A DNA stretch of 64,000 bases from Ascoidea asiatica JCM 7603 (taxonomy: Eukaryota; Fungi; Ascomycota), in NCBI GenBank assembly GCA_001600695.1, contig BCKQ01000003.1, forward strand, positions 1,890,392 through 1,954,391, written 5' to 3'. The position numbers were made by a program, and so were the translations under genes. Positions within the stretch are counted from its first letter, which is position 1. Each line of letters opens with the position of its first letter. Shown piece by piece: positions 44,789-56,675 of this stretch. The notes under the pieces were generated by a model. That model was not told the DNA's origin. It saw nothing but the letters and a program-made list of their open reading frames with translations, and made no database searches.

Positions 44789-47700
44789 TTAACGTTACAA
44801 ATGAATATTCCAAATTTTAAAGATATCTTGAAATAAGATACAGCTTTGTCTTGCACATTGTAATTATACCGGCTGGAAACTCAAAAGTCAATATTCTTTC
44901 AGGCAGATAATTAAGTTAACTTTCAATAAATATTTATTTAACATTTTTTAAATACTTAAATAGTTATTGAATATTTATTGAATATTCGAGGATATTTATA
45001 AAACTGATAATAAATTAGATTCGTGAATTACTATTACTATTATTGTATTAAATTGTCTTGTTGTATTAGCATTTCAGAGCAGAGTGCTGTAAGTTTTCAA
45101 TACTTCCCAGCTAGAATGGAACAATATAATACTATATTTTTCACTGTTTATATGAATGTTAATGAATGTTGGTGCACATACCATTTATAAATTAGCAATA
45201 CTTTTGAATATACTTTTACATCTGATAGATATTAAACTTATCATTAACACTAAGAAATGTAAATATATTGTGTCATACTTAAATATTTACTTAGTTATAG
45301 CACTTTTTTCAATACTTATTTCAAATTTATGAATTATAAATACACTATCAGAAACTCTTATTTGATCTTGAATGTTACGCTAAACTAGTAGTAGTAACTT
45401 TAATTCTGGGCCCATCACTACAACTAGTACCACTAGAGCTACTGCTCATTACAAATACTACCAGTTCTCTTAACTTTTAATAATCAAAACATTCTGGGCC
45501 TTTTTTTACAGCCAATAAATATGGTATCCAATAGTGAATTGAAAAAAACCAATCAAAAAAAAACCCATATTCAATAACTTTACCCTACTGGAATTTTGTA
45601 AGAGAATAAAAGGTACGGTGGTACACGAGTGTTGAACTCTTTTACAATAAAGTTCTAAATCTCATAAGTAATTTAAAAATTCTTACAATTGTAGTTGTAA
45701 TAATAATAGTAGAAACAAATTCAACTACTGCCCCAATAATGTATCAAATTGGAATACAGTACATTACCGGAACTGAATCTCAAGAAGATCGAAAATGGGC
45801 CAATAAATAAATAGATTATAAAATATTTCTTCTAAAATATTATTGAAATACATGGTAGATTTCATTAAACTGTTAATTTAATAGTTAAATAAGCAGTTAA
45901 TCTAATAATATATTAATATTTGTTACTCTGGATTGTACTAATATCAATTGATAATATCTGCCCTAATAATATTTGCTTAACCAAAATAAATAAAAGCATT
46001 TTAAAGTTCAGACCGTTTGGTTACGTCAGCATATTATTACTGAGGAGATATCTCTGCTGCACGCCTTGGCCGTTGAAAATGGGAGAAATTATTTAGATTT
46101 CTATAGAACTGCAAACTATTAATCTTATACGGTGGAACATATGTTTCCGAGATGCGTGCAGATTATAAGCCTATTATTGAAATCTACATTCAAAACAAAT
46201 CTGAATTCTGTAACTACCGATATTATTAAATACTTTAGTGGCAACAATGGACCGTTAACGCAACTGCATCCCCATCTGTGTACATGCATATAGATATTTG
46301 TCTCTCACAGTAAATGCCCACCTGTTCATTTAACTTTTAATTATTACGTATTGCATATATGATAGATCTATTAAAGGTAATACTGTATTCAACAATTTTT
46401 AACGTTACAGGAAAGTTACGTTTGCATTAAATCCATTAATACTAATACTGAATACTATCCTACAGAACAAAACTTTAACTTCAACTTATCAACTTTTAAC
46501 ATTAATAGAAACGTTACTTTTCCCAATTTGTGGATATTGTAAAAATTTTGAAGCATAGGAGTCTGATGGCTGGCAAATAAATTACCTTAATAACCCTCCA
46601 AATCCAGTGAAAATTCTGTCACACAAGAATTTATATATCTAAAATAAATTTCCTAATGCCCCTAACATATCTATAAAAATTTGCCTGATAATTTTGTTAT
46701 AATTTTTCTTTTTCTAGTTAACATTATTGAAAGTCAAAATTTATAGCTACATTATTTTCAATAACTGTTGATAGAATGCAAATAAAAAGTTACAATATCA
46801 GAATCTTATGCAAAGTATATGCAAATAGTTATCAGCTTTTTAAATGAAAGTCAAAGATCAGCAAGGCAATTAAAAACATTATAACAAGTTTTCGGCCAAA
46901 ATATAATGATCATGTGACCGTCTATTATGTATGCCGATTATGTTTTGGTGAACAATGGAGACCGGACTGATATATTCACCTTATTGAAGCTGAAGTATTT
47001 TGCGCTCTTTGATATTGGCGTTTATTGATTTTTTTTTACAGTGCTGCGCATGGGCGCAAGATTATCTATAAATAAGTATTCAAATGCTCTCCCAAATTTG
47101 AAAATAGATTGCGAATTTGCAATTAGGCTCAAAATATCGCTCATGTAATGCTGTATTTCTCTGTGTAAGAGAGTAATCAATAGCGTACTGAGTATTATTG
47201 GATCCGCTAAAAGAATTCAGAAAATATATCCACCTAACGTTCGATATTACCTACAGAAGATATTTTGTAAAAAGTTCCTCATCTTCATTCCTCATCCTCA
47301 ATTGAGATGCCCATCAGCCAAAAACTGATATCTGTTTAAAATAGAAATATTAGTCTAAGATAATTCAATTTTCAATTAACGTTAACGTTAACACTAACAT
47401 TACTCTTTATAACTTTTTTGTTGTAAACCACGTCAAATATTAATGAAAAATATGGTCATATTTCTTGCCTATTTCTTGCCTAGACTCCCCTCCAAGAAAT
47501 TAATTCCAATATTACAATAATCCTTCGTTCTCCTAAATGGCTTTAAGCATATTATAATTACTACCATAGTAATTGCATGAATCAGGCTCCGTGAAAATGT
47601 AAAATATTTTTATTACTCTGCTTTTGAAGAAGTAAATTATTTGATTCAGTTGAAAAATCTTACGATAGTTTTTTTTTTTAAAAAAAAGTTATATGCAAAA

Positions 47701-49394
47701 TAAAACTACTGGCATACTCCTTTATATTATTTTACTACTGAAGTTATGAGATTAGAAGATTTGTTCAAGTGTTAAACTATATTGATTGGTTGATTTTATT
47801 GTTATGTTACTATTAGTTTGAATTTACAGAAAAACAAATAAATATTTTAATTTGTACAATAGAGTGATATTCAAATAAGTTTAGTCAGAAGATCACAATC
47901 AAAACTATTGTAACAACTTACAAAAATAATTTAATGTAAATAGGACATAAATATCGAACATTTCAATAATTCCTGTAAAAGTCACGTTTATATATTTGAA
48001 CCATCAATAAACAACCGATGCGAAACAGTCAATAAAATTATGGTGTAGATAATAAGGCAGTATATTTACTTTTATGCATAAACACATATATTCATATATG
48101 GGATTAAAATATTCCCATATGGGACTGCGCTAAGGCTCAAAATAATAATAAACCAAATTCCGTTACCGCAAAATGAAAACTTTCAATGCCTTAAAATATT
48201 TTCATAAAGTAGTTTTTCGTTAATCAACTTACTATTTGATTTATTACGGTAAGTTCGCTTTAACGGCTCATAAGATAAATTCATGTGTAGAAACTCTCAA
48301 TGGAGGACACAGGATGTCCTATTTTGATCCAATGACCAATAAGAGTATAGATAATTGACAAATAATAATATCTGCCTAGATCCTTTTTTTGTTAATAATC
48401 TAAATAAAAAATTCAGTTTAAGATATGTCTATTAATCTTTCTATGAATTATTGTGAAAAACATAAGAAATTCTTGTGAAAGTTTGCCTACAATATTCTTC
48501 TGTGCTGTAGTAAAAAGCTTCAAAAAATAAATAAGGCAGTTGGTTTCTCAAACTAGCTTTAGAACATCCTGAATTAACATAAATGAATTTTTGTTATTTT
48601 TACTTTATTTCATTCTATTCATCATACAGTTGAAAAATAACAATCAAATGTTGTTCAAAATTAGATGCTCTATCGCAGAATACTCTCTTGAAAGATTCAT
48701 TATGTTACTTATAAAAAGGATAATAGAAAGCTGATATGCATTTAACATTCTTGGTACGATAAGAAAAGCTTTCATAAATAATGGATCCAATGGGTGTTGA
48801 GAATCTTATAGACGCGGATCTTCCATGAGTATCTGCGGCTAGACAATTAATTTCTTGTTTTTTAAGGGTATAGAGCTTCTTTTCTGGCAAACAAATTCAA
48901 ACAAAACTTTTAACTTTTAAAGCCTATTTTTATCTCCACTTTAAAACCCTACTTATAAACTTTTGTATACATGCATTTTCATAGAAAATCGCTTAAATTC
49001 CAACGTTCGTTAACTTGCTCAGAAATATCTTATCCTAAAGAACAGTATAAGGTAAACTTTTTAATTGTACTTTATGGTTTAATGTGAAGCTGCGGAGATA
49101 CATATAAATACCGCGCTGTACGCTTTTTAAAATGTTGATGCTTTTAAATATTGCACCGTGACGCACGCAACTTTAGATTTTTTTTAACGAAGGGCGGATT
49201 TTGGTGATTACGGTTTCCTTTTGATCCGAGCCAAAGAGATAATCCCAATTGAAGTAAATAACTTTATTTCTATTAACATTAAAACTTGATTTACCAAATT
49301 TTTAATAATACAGTATAATTAAAACTGGTTATTATTTGTAATATTTCAATTTCATACCATATCTAAAAATCTATTATTTTTAACAATTTCTTTG

Positions 49395-50123
49395 ATGGAT
49401 CAACAGTTTATTTCAGATCCTGTAACTAATTCAAGTTCATTGAAATTTCCTATTATTTTGGCCATTTTAATTTTATTAATTATCATTATAATTTTATTAT
49501 CAATATACTTAGTTTCTATTAATAACTCCATAGAAAATAAAAAATTGCAATTGAAAAAAGAAAATGAATTTTCTTTTGTTAAAATCAACTTTTTAGAATT
49601 AATAATACTTTTAAAGCCAATTGTTTTATTTCCAAATGAAACTTATTTATCAAATACCCCTAAAACAACCTTAGATTTAGCTAATGAAAGAACATTAAAA
49701 AAAACTAAGAAAATCAAGAATTCCAAAAGTTCCTTACCGAATAATTTATTTTTTGATAATAATAAAATTATAAATGATTATGGAGACTTGAGAGATATTG
49801 TTTGTTATAATAAAGTTTTCAAATTAACACAAGATGTGTTTCAAGATAAATATGAATATGAAAATTTGAAATGGTTTAAGATTCTAAATAATTTAGAAAC
49901 AATTTATTTCAATGAAAATAATGGTCAAAAGCTCACTTATATCTCAAATATAAATGATTTAAAATTAAAGCTTCTTGAAATTTTAAGTGACCATAAAGAT
50001 AAAAAAGTCAATCAAAATAAAAAGAGTCTAACATATGAAGACAGACTTATAATAAAGTGTCAAAATCTAAGGAAACTACATTTAAATGAAATTCAGAAAC
50101 TTGGTAAAAACAATAAAATATAA
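49395..50123 (+). CDS. Hypothetical single-pass membrane protein, 242 aa
   Basis: Long ORF, strongly hydrophobic N-terminal segment FPIILAILILLIIIIILLSIYLV; no family recognised. ATG at 49395. Confidence 0.65.
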   Translation: MDQQFISDPVTNSSSLKFPIILAILILLIIIIILLSIYLVSINNSIENKKLQLKKENEFSFVKINFLELIILLKPIVLFPNETYLSNTPKTTLDLANERTLKKTKKIKNSKSSLPNNLFFDNNKIINDYGDLRDIVCYNKVFKLTQDVFQDKYEYENLKWFKILNNLETIYFNENNGQKLTYISNINDLKLKLLEILSDHKDKKVNQNKKSLTYEDRLIIKCQNLRKLHLNEIQKLGKNNKI

Positions 50124-51372
50124 GAAAAATTAACATTCAATCAGATTAGTTTCAACATATTATATTAATAGAGCTCTTTTATTCATATAAATCTTGGTTT
50201 GACTTTATTTTTTTTTTGTTGGGAGCCTTTTTTTCATATATAGTTTATTTTCTTTTATTTCTTTCATTTCACTTTAACCCTTATCATCGCTTTTCATATT
50301 TGATATTATTGAAATTTACCCTTTTTTTATTAGAAAATTTTCTGTTGGTACCATTTTTTTTTTTTTTTTTTTTTGAATGAATTAATTAAGTATGCTTATA
50401 AAAATATATTATGAATAGATTTCTTTTACTATATTTTACCATTGATTGATTCCAAAAGTTAAAGTATCAAGTTGTAATTATTGTTCTATTTGCAAAACCT
50501 GGAAAAGAGTGATTTTTTAATTGCACAGTACTAGTAGCATTGGGTTTTGTTAGTGGATTAGTCAACAAGGACTTTGAAAATGCTTAAAGCTTTGCTTTAT
50601 TTTACACCCTTTGTACTTTACTTTTAAAATGTTTTAATTATTTTTTTCCCAATTAATTATTGAAACTTGAAAAAATATTTTTGATATTTATTCTTTCAAA
50701 GGTTTTCCTTCCAGGTCATTGATTGGAAGATTATTATAATAAAGACTATAACTTTTCAAAATAATTTTCAATAGAGAAAGTTTTCAGATATACTGTATAT
50801 TGTGAATTTTTAATAGGCTCTTAAGATACAAGCATGATTGAAAATTCAAATAGAAAAATTCTTGGCCCCCAAAAAAACAAAATTGCTTTAAAAACATTTT
50901 TTATTTTCAGTCAACTCAATTGAAACATATTCCCATGAATAAATAATAAGCCTCTATAACAATTCTACTACTTTATTTTGGGGTTTGGGATTTAGAATTT
51001 AGCTATGAAGATTGTACTGCAGTTGTGTCCGGTGTATTTATCTATCGGTGTTTGTTATCCGGCTTTAGGTGTAGCTGTTTTGGAATTTCTTCTGCTGATT
51101 CAGCACAGTTCTACGTAAAGGTTGATTATTTTCACGAAGTGCACAGCAATATTTACAAAATGAAAAAAAAATAGTTTATGAACTAATTGGATAACAAAAG
51201 ATAGCTCAACGAGATACTTTTCCTTGAAATTTTCAGCCAGTCACAAAAAAATCACCTATTTAATTCTATATAAAGAAAGCAATATCATCTCAATTCTTTC
51301 TTTTCATCACCTAAAACCATTTTGTTCCATTAATTTTCTGTTACATATCAAATATTAGTATTTTTAAGAATA

Positions 51373-52818
51373 ATGTCCCCAAAGAAAAATATTGATAACC
51401 AATCTGAAACTCAACCTTTATTAGGGTCATCTAATCACGATGAAACTGAAACTGTAAAAAACTCTCATCATATCAAAGAAATTAAACGGAAGCTTTATAT
51501 TTCTCATTTTCTTTATGTTTGGAATGCAAGAGTTTATGAGTTTGGTATAGTTTTAATTATTGTTGATTTGTTTCCTCAAACATTATTACCTTCTTCATTA
51601 TTATCCCTTTGCTGTTCACTTGCTACAATTATTTTCTCAACAGAAGTTGCAAAAATCGTCGATAAGGGTGAAAGACTACCTATCGTTCGTCATACAATTT
51701 TTATGCAAAGATCTTCTGTTTCTGTTTCTGTTTTTTGCTTACTTTTGCTCTATATTTTTCCTTCATTGATGAAATTTAAATCTTATGCTCTTGCTCTTTC
51801 AATACTTGCTGGAATCATAGAAAGGCTTTGTGCACTAGCAAATAAAATTTCAATACAAAGAGATTGGTTAGTTCATATTGCTCAAGAAGGAGATGAAAAA
51901 TTATTAGTTCAATTAAACACACAAATGAGATCAATTGATTTGTTTTGTAAATTAGTTGGTCCAACTTTTATTGCTTTGGTAATCGGCTTTACATCTGTAG
52001 AATTCTCAATGATTTTGATAATTGTATTGTTTTTAATATCAAATCCTATTGAATATTATGCAATTGCTAGAGTTTATAATTTAGTTCCAAGTTTACAAAT
52101 TCCAAAAATTAATTCGGAAACCTCTTCTAGTAATGTCAATGGAAATTCTGAAGATAGTCCTAATGAAGTTTCTACTTCCGAATCGTCTAATCAACTTCTT
52201 AAAAACTTTAAAATTTTTTCCGGTTCTATAATGTCTTTACCTACAGTTTCTTATGCATTATTATATTTAACTGTTTTATCTTTTGGAAATTCAACAGTTG
52301 CCTACCTTTTATCATTCAGTTCTATTTCGGATGAGGCTGTTGGTCTTTTAAGAGCTGTTTCTTCGGTATTTGAATTAAGTTCAACAGTTATTTTTCCAAA
52401 AATCAATAATAAACTTGGTTTAATTAATACTGGTTTTATTTCTCTAGTACAAGAATTTATATCTTTAATTCCAATTCTAATTGGGTTTGTAATGAATTAT
52501 TCCTCTACTTACAAATTATTATGTATATTTATTCCAATTAGTAGATTAGGTTTATGGGGTTATGATTTAGCAATTCAAAATATGGTGCAAATTTATGTTA
52601 CAGATGAAGAAAGAGCTGGCTTCACTGCAATTGAAGAAAGTATAATATCTTTTTTTGAAATTTGTGGTTATACAATTACAATTATTTTCAATAAGCCAGA
52701 TCAATTCTATATTCCTACTTATATTAGTATTTCAAGTATCGGGTTAGCTACATTACTTTATTTTGTTTTTTTTGTCAAATCAAAATCAAAATTAAGTTCA
52801 TCCCATTTTGATCATTAA
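51373..52818 (+). CDS. Ferroportin (FPN1/SLC40/IREG family) divalent metal transporter
   Basis: LYISHFLYVWNARVYEFG, ISIQRDWLV, LNTQMRSIDLFCKLVGP, LLYLTVLSFG, SRLGLWGYDLA family motifs. Confidence 0.92.
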   Translation: MSPKKNIDNQSETQPLLGSSNHDETETVKNSHHIKEIKRKLYISHFLYVWNARVYEFGIVLIIVDLFPQTLLPSSLLSLCCSLATIIFSTEVAKIVDKGERLPIVRHTIFMQRSSVSVSVFCLLLLYIFPSLMKFKSYALALSILAGIIERLCALANKISIQRDWLVHIAQEGDEKLLVQLNTQMRSIDLFCKLVGPTFIALVIGFTSVEFSMILIIVLFLISNPIEYYAIARVYNLVPSLQIPKINSETSSSNVNGNSEDSPNEVSTSESSNQLLKNFKIFSGSIMSLPTVSYALLYLTVLSFGNSTVAYLLSFSSISDEAVGLLRAVSSVFELSSTVIFPKINNKLGLINTGFISLVQEFISLIPILIGFVMNYSSTYKLLCIFIPISRLGLWGYDLAIQNMVQIYVTDEERAGFTAIEESIISFFEICGYTITIIFNKPDQFYIPTYISISSIGLATLLYFVFFVKSKSKLSSSHFDH

Positions 52819-52899
52819 ATAAAATTAAATTTCAATGCTTATGTAATTTTTGTACTATATATACTCAATTGTTATAAATCAACTAACGTTCTTTTTTCT

Positions 52900-54204
52900 T
52901 TAATGTTTTTTGTATGAACTATTAATATTCAATCTATCAGATAAACTTCTTGAAAATCTAACTGGTGAGCGAGATCTATACTCTGCTCTTTTTCTTGTAT
53001 TGAAATTTGGAAACAAATCTTCATCACTACTATTTCCATTTTCAAATTTATCAGATTGCCATCTTCCTCTATTAGGAGCATTACTTCTACTATTACGATG
53101 AGAATTATTATTTCTGTAGCTTATATTACCTGAATTTCTTCTTGAACGTACTTCATTCTCAGGGCTTAATTTAGAAGAAAATAGATCCGGTTCATCGTCA
53201 AAGTTTTGATTTATATCCGTGGAGGTTTTCTTATTAACTTGATCTTTATCTCGAAATAGATATTTTTTATCTTGAAATAGATCATCATCACCATTATTAT
53301 TATTTAAACTAGAAGGTTTTGATGTAGTTAATGATGAACCATTTGAAGATCTACTTCCTTTTACTGCAAATCTTTTCTTAAAATAATCATCTCTATCTCT
53401 ATAATTTATCTCAGATATTGATGTATATCCTATTTCTAGATTTGAGGAACTTGACCCAGATTTTAAATCACTATTGAATTTTCTTGATTTTGTATAGTTT
53501 CTTTTTCTAATAGTTTTATTATAAGTCGGCTCACCATGAACTAAATAATATTTTGATCTTTCTTTTGCTCCTTTTGTTTTTTTATCAGATATTAGAGATT
53601 GCCTTATATAAAATTCAAAACTTTTTGATAGTTTATTTTTTTGTTTTTCTAACTCATTTAAATCATCATTATTTTTTATATCACTTGAAGACAAAAATTT
53701 TTCATTAAGAAAAGTTTTTGTTATACGCTCTTCAATAATTTCCAAAGTTTCAAAGACATTTTCATCTTTAGTTAAAAACATTAAAGCCTTTAAGGAATCT
53801 GGTTCTTTTAAAAATACAATATTTAAAGAATCATCATCTATCCACTCAAGTTTAAATTTTATTATTTTATCATCATCATTTTGAATTGAATCTTTTAAAT
53901 AAAAATCTAAATAAGTTTTAATATCTCTTGTTGATAAATCATCGATACCTCGTATCCTCAATGAATTTTTTCTTACATCTGGATAATTTAATTGAGAATT
54001 GAATTTCTCTAAAAGTTTCTGATCAAGAGTTAATTCAGGATTTTCTTCTTCTGCGATTAATTTTGTAGATTCAGGTTGATTAACTTGATCTTGATATGCT
54101 TCTCTTGTATTTTCAGAACCCTTATCGTCTATAACTATATCTCCATCATTATCTACTTCCATTAGATTTTCGTCCTTCATTACCTGTTCTTGATCCATTT
54201 TCAT
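52900..54204 (-). CDS. NCBP3: Nuclear cap-binding protein subunit 3 (NCBP3/DUF2414) family RRM-like protein
   Basis: LRIRGIDDLSTRDIK, LEWIDDDSLNIVF, DKKTKGAKERSKYYLVHGEP; RS-rich tail. Confidence 0.82.
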   Translation of the reverse strand: MKMDQEQVMKDENLMEVDNDGDIVIDDKGSENTREAYQDQVNQPESTKLIAEEENPELTLDQKLLEKFNSQLNYPDVRKNSLRIRGIDDLSTRDIKTYLDFYLKDSIQNDDDKIIKFKLEWIDDDSLNIVFLKEPDSLKALMFLTKDENVFETLEIIEERITKTFLNEKFLSSSDIKNNDDLNELEKQKNKLSKSFEFYIRQSLISDKKTKGAKERSKYYLVHGEPTYNKTIRKRNYTKSRKFNSDLKSGSSSSNLEIGYTSISEINYRDRDDYFKKRFAVKGSRSSNGSSLTTSKPSSLNNNNGDDDLFQDKKYLFRDKDQVNKKTSTDINQNFDDEPDLFSSKLSPENEVRSRRNSGNISYRNNNSHRNSRSNAPNRGRWQSDKFENGNSSDEDLFPNFNTRKRAEYRSRSPVRFSRSLSDRLNINSSYKKH

Positions 54205-54347
54205 TTAGCTTCTAGTTAAAATAAATATTTGCTTCTCATTTAGAGTAAATTGAAACTTTCAAAAGTTTATGTTGTTTTATATTTTGCCATTTCAAGGCCG
54301 AAAAGTGATTAACATTACGAGTAACTTTACAGTGATACTTGAAAAGG

Positions 54348-54370
54348 ACGCGTTAATTACGGGCGGGTAA
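54348..54370. promoter_or_regulatory. MCB (ACGCGT) and Reb1-type (CGGGTAA) sites upstream of NCBP3
   Basis: ACGCGT 54348-54353 and CGGGTAA 54364-54370, about 150 bp upstream of the ATG. Confidence 0.45.
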
Positions 54371-54765
54371 TGTATACACATTGACTGCTACGGATAAATG
54401 TAAGAGTTAAAAGCTATCGAAAAGTTATTAAATACAAACTATTTATTGCTTGACAAGATATTTAAGTATGAATTATTTTTATTGTTGCAATTCTTGCAAT
54501 ATTAATATTAAGATCAACAGGTTATAATAATGATCAAAGGCAATGACTAAAAGAAACATATTGAAGTTTAATTGAACTATCCAAAGGTATAATTTAGTAT
54601 CATTAACTTTTTGATTTACTTTTTATTCAAAAAAACTAGAGAGAAAACAAATCGAGACAAAATAACAAAACAAATAATTAAACAAAAAATAGAAAAATTA
54701 AAAGCAATAGATCAAAAAATGGGGTCAATTTTATAAAGGTTATTCTATTCACCTTCTATAAAAAC

Positions 54766-56157
54766 TCAATCTAATTCATTAGCGAAATTTTCAATATCCT
54801 TTTCAGCTTCTTTTTGTAATAAAAATTTTGTATAAGGTGTTAAAGTAATATTATCTTTTTTAAGATTAAGATTAAAAAGTTCTTCTTTTAATACACCTCC
54901 ATAACTTTCTGGAATATTATTTGATTCCAATTGTTTGCTTAAATCAAGTTGATTAGACAATACTCTAAATTTAGCAACAGTTTCTGGTGCTATAAAAAAG
55001 TTTTTAACAATATAGTTATAAAGAAAAGAAAATAAAGTAGGAATATTTATGAAACATTTAATACTTAAAGTTTCTGGATAATAATCTTTGAAATATCTAA
55101 TTGTTGCTTTTGTTGATTTTGATAAAGATGCATCATATCTTAAAAAACTTACATTTTTATAATCATGAATTTGTACCATGTACGAGTTATCTTTATCAGT
55201 GAAGTTTAATAAATGAATAGCTCTTTCCATCAAACCTACACGCCATCGTAAAAATTTATCAGTATCAATGAAAATTTCTTTAATTGGTGCAGCACCATAT
55301 AAGTTCCAAGTTATAATTTTTGAATTTGAATTATTTTCAATATTATTAGTGATATAACCTATGACATCAAATTTTTTATCATGAGATTCAATGAAAGCTG
55401 CAGATAAAGGATTAAATTTTTTTCTCCAAAGCAAGGTATTTTTCAATTGAGAATAAGATTGAGTAATATCGAAATTATTTGCTTTTAAAAATTTGAAGAT
55501 TAAAGCTTTAGAAATTAAATCATCAAAATATTGGTCATTGATAGGATTGGAAGAATAAACTTTGTAACCATATAATTCATCATAAGCAGTTTCTTCAATA
55601 ATTTTAGGTAAACTTTTTTGATAAAATTCTAAAAAGACTTTTTTTTCATCATCATTAAGTTCACCAATACTTTGAGGAAGAATAAAAGAAGCTGGAGAAT
55701 CTGGAGATTTTTTATTTGATTCAATTGGTGCAGTATTTTTTAATGATTCAATTTCATTTTTAGTGGTAGATTCAATAGGTTGGACATCTTGTTGGTCTTT
55801 GATAGCTTCATGATTTCTTGAATCAATCAATTCTTCATTTTCTTTTTTTAATTCATTTGGAATTCCTTTTTTTTCCTCTACAGAGGTTTGAATTTTATCT
55901 GCAGTTGATAAAGTTTCTTTTTCACCGGGAATATTTGCAGAATTTTCCACCAATGAAACTTCTACAGGCTTATCTTGAATAGGTTTGGTCTCAATTGGAT
56001 TGATTTCTTCTTTTATTGAAAGATTTTTTACATCTTCTACAACAGAAGTTTCAACAGTTTTATCCTCTTTATTAATAATTTGATCCTTTTTGATATCTTC
56101 TTTTAAGGATTCTTTTACAGTTTCCTTATCAGTTAATTCCTTTGATGGTTCTTCCAT
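54766..56157 (-). CDS. SFH5: Sec14-like phosphatidylinositol transfer protein Sfh5 with acidic N-terminal extension
   Basis: YDELYGY, FKFLKAN, WRKKFNPL, ITWNLYG, FLRWRVGLMER, QIHDYKNVSF, YYPE. Confidence 0.92.
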   Translation of the reverse strand: MEEPSKELTDKETVKESLKEDIKKDQIINKEDKTVETSVVEDVKNLSIKEEINPIETKPIQDKPVEVSLVENSANIPGEKETLSTADKIQTSVEEKKGIPNELKKENEELIDSRNHEAIKDQQDVQPIESTTKNEIESLKNTAPIESNKKSPDSPASFILPQSIGELNDDEKKVFLEFYQKSLPKIIEETAYDELYGYKVYSSNPINDQYFDDLISKALIFKFLKANNFDITQSYSQLKNTLLWRKKFNPLSAAFIESHDKKFDVIGYITNNIENNSNSKIITWNLYGAAPIKEIFIDTDKFLRWRVGLMERAIHLLNFTDKDNSYMVQIHDYKNVSFLRYDASLSKSTKATIRYFKDYYPETLSIKCFINIPTLFSFLYNYIVKNFFIAPETVAKFRVLSNQLDLSKQLESNNIPESYGGVLKEELFNLNLKKDNITLTPYTKFLLQKEAEKDIENFANELD

Positions 56158-56675
56158 TGTTGTTCAAGTTAGTTGTTTATAGTATTCAATATACCAAGAT
56201 AATAGAGTTAGAATTAGAATTGAACAATTAGAATCTAAAATTAAAAAAGAAATTTGAAATTGTTTGAATATTTTATATTCAATAAATATCTAAAGTTGGG
56301 GAGCTAAGGTGAGTATATTTTGTGATGAGATTTGTGTCCATATTAAAACACAAAGGTGTTAAACAGGTGCCAATAAAAAGATAAAAAGTCATACAGAAGA
56401 ACCGCAAATATGATCTCTTTTTTGTCATGTGCGCTTACTTTATTTCTGTGTGCGAAAGTAAACGCATTATCGCACACAAAATTAGAAAAAAAAAAAAAAG
56501 GTCACATGTTCATTGGAATCTTTATGCGTCGTTTGGACCAAATAACAATATTGTAATAAATCGAGTAAAGTATTACAGAAAAAAGTGAAATTTAATATTT
56601 TTTTGAGAGTGAATATATAAATTAAGAGAACATACTTCAAAAATAATTGAGATTTAGAAGCTCAAGTAACTAAAA

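Noticed and set aside
48705-48890. 61-aa minus-strand ORF
   Set aside because: TTG start, no in-frame ATG, no homology.
18852-56157. Iron gene cluster (Aft-like MULE factor, ferroportin, heme-binding Sfh5)
   Set aside because: Genes are separated by many unrelated housekeeping genes and no shared motif was seen; the MULE protein lacks evident Aft-specific features.
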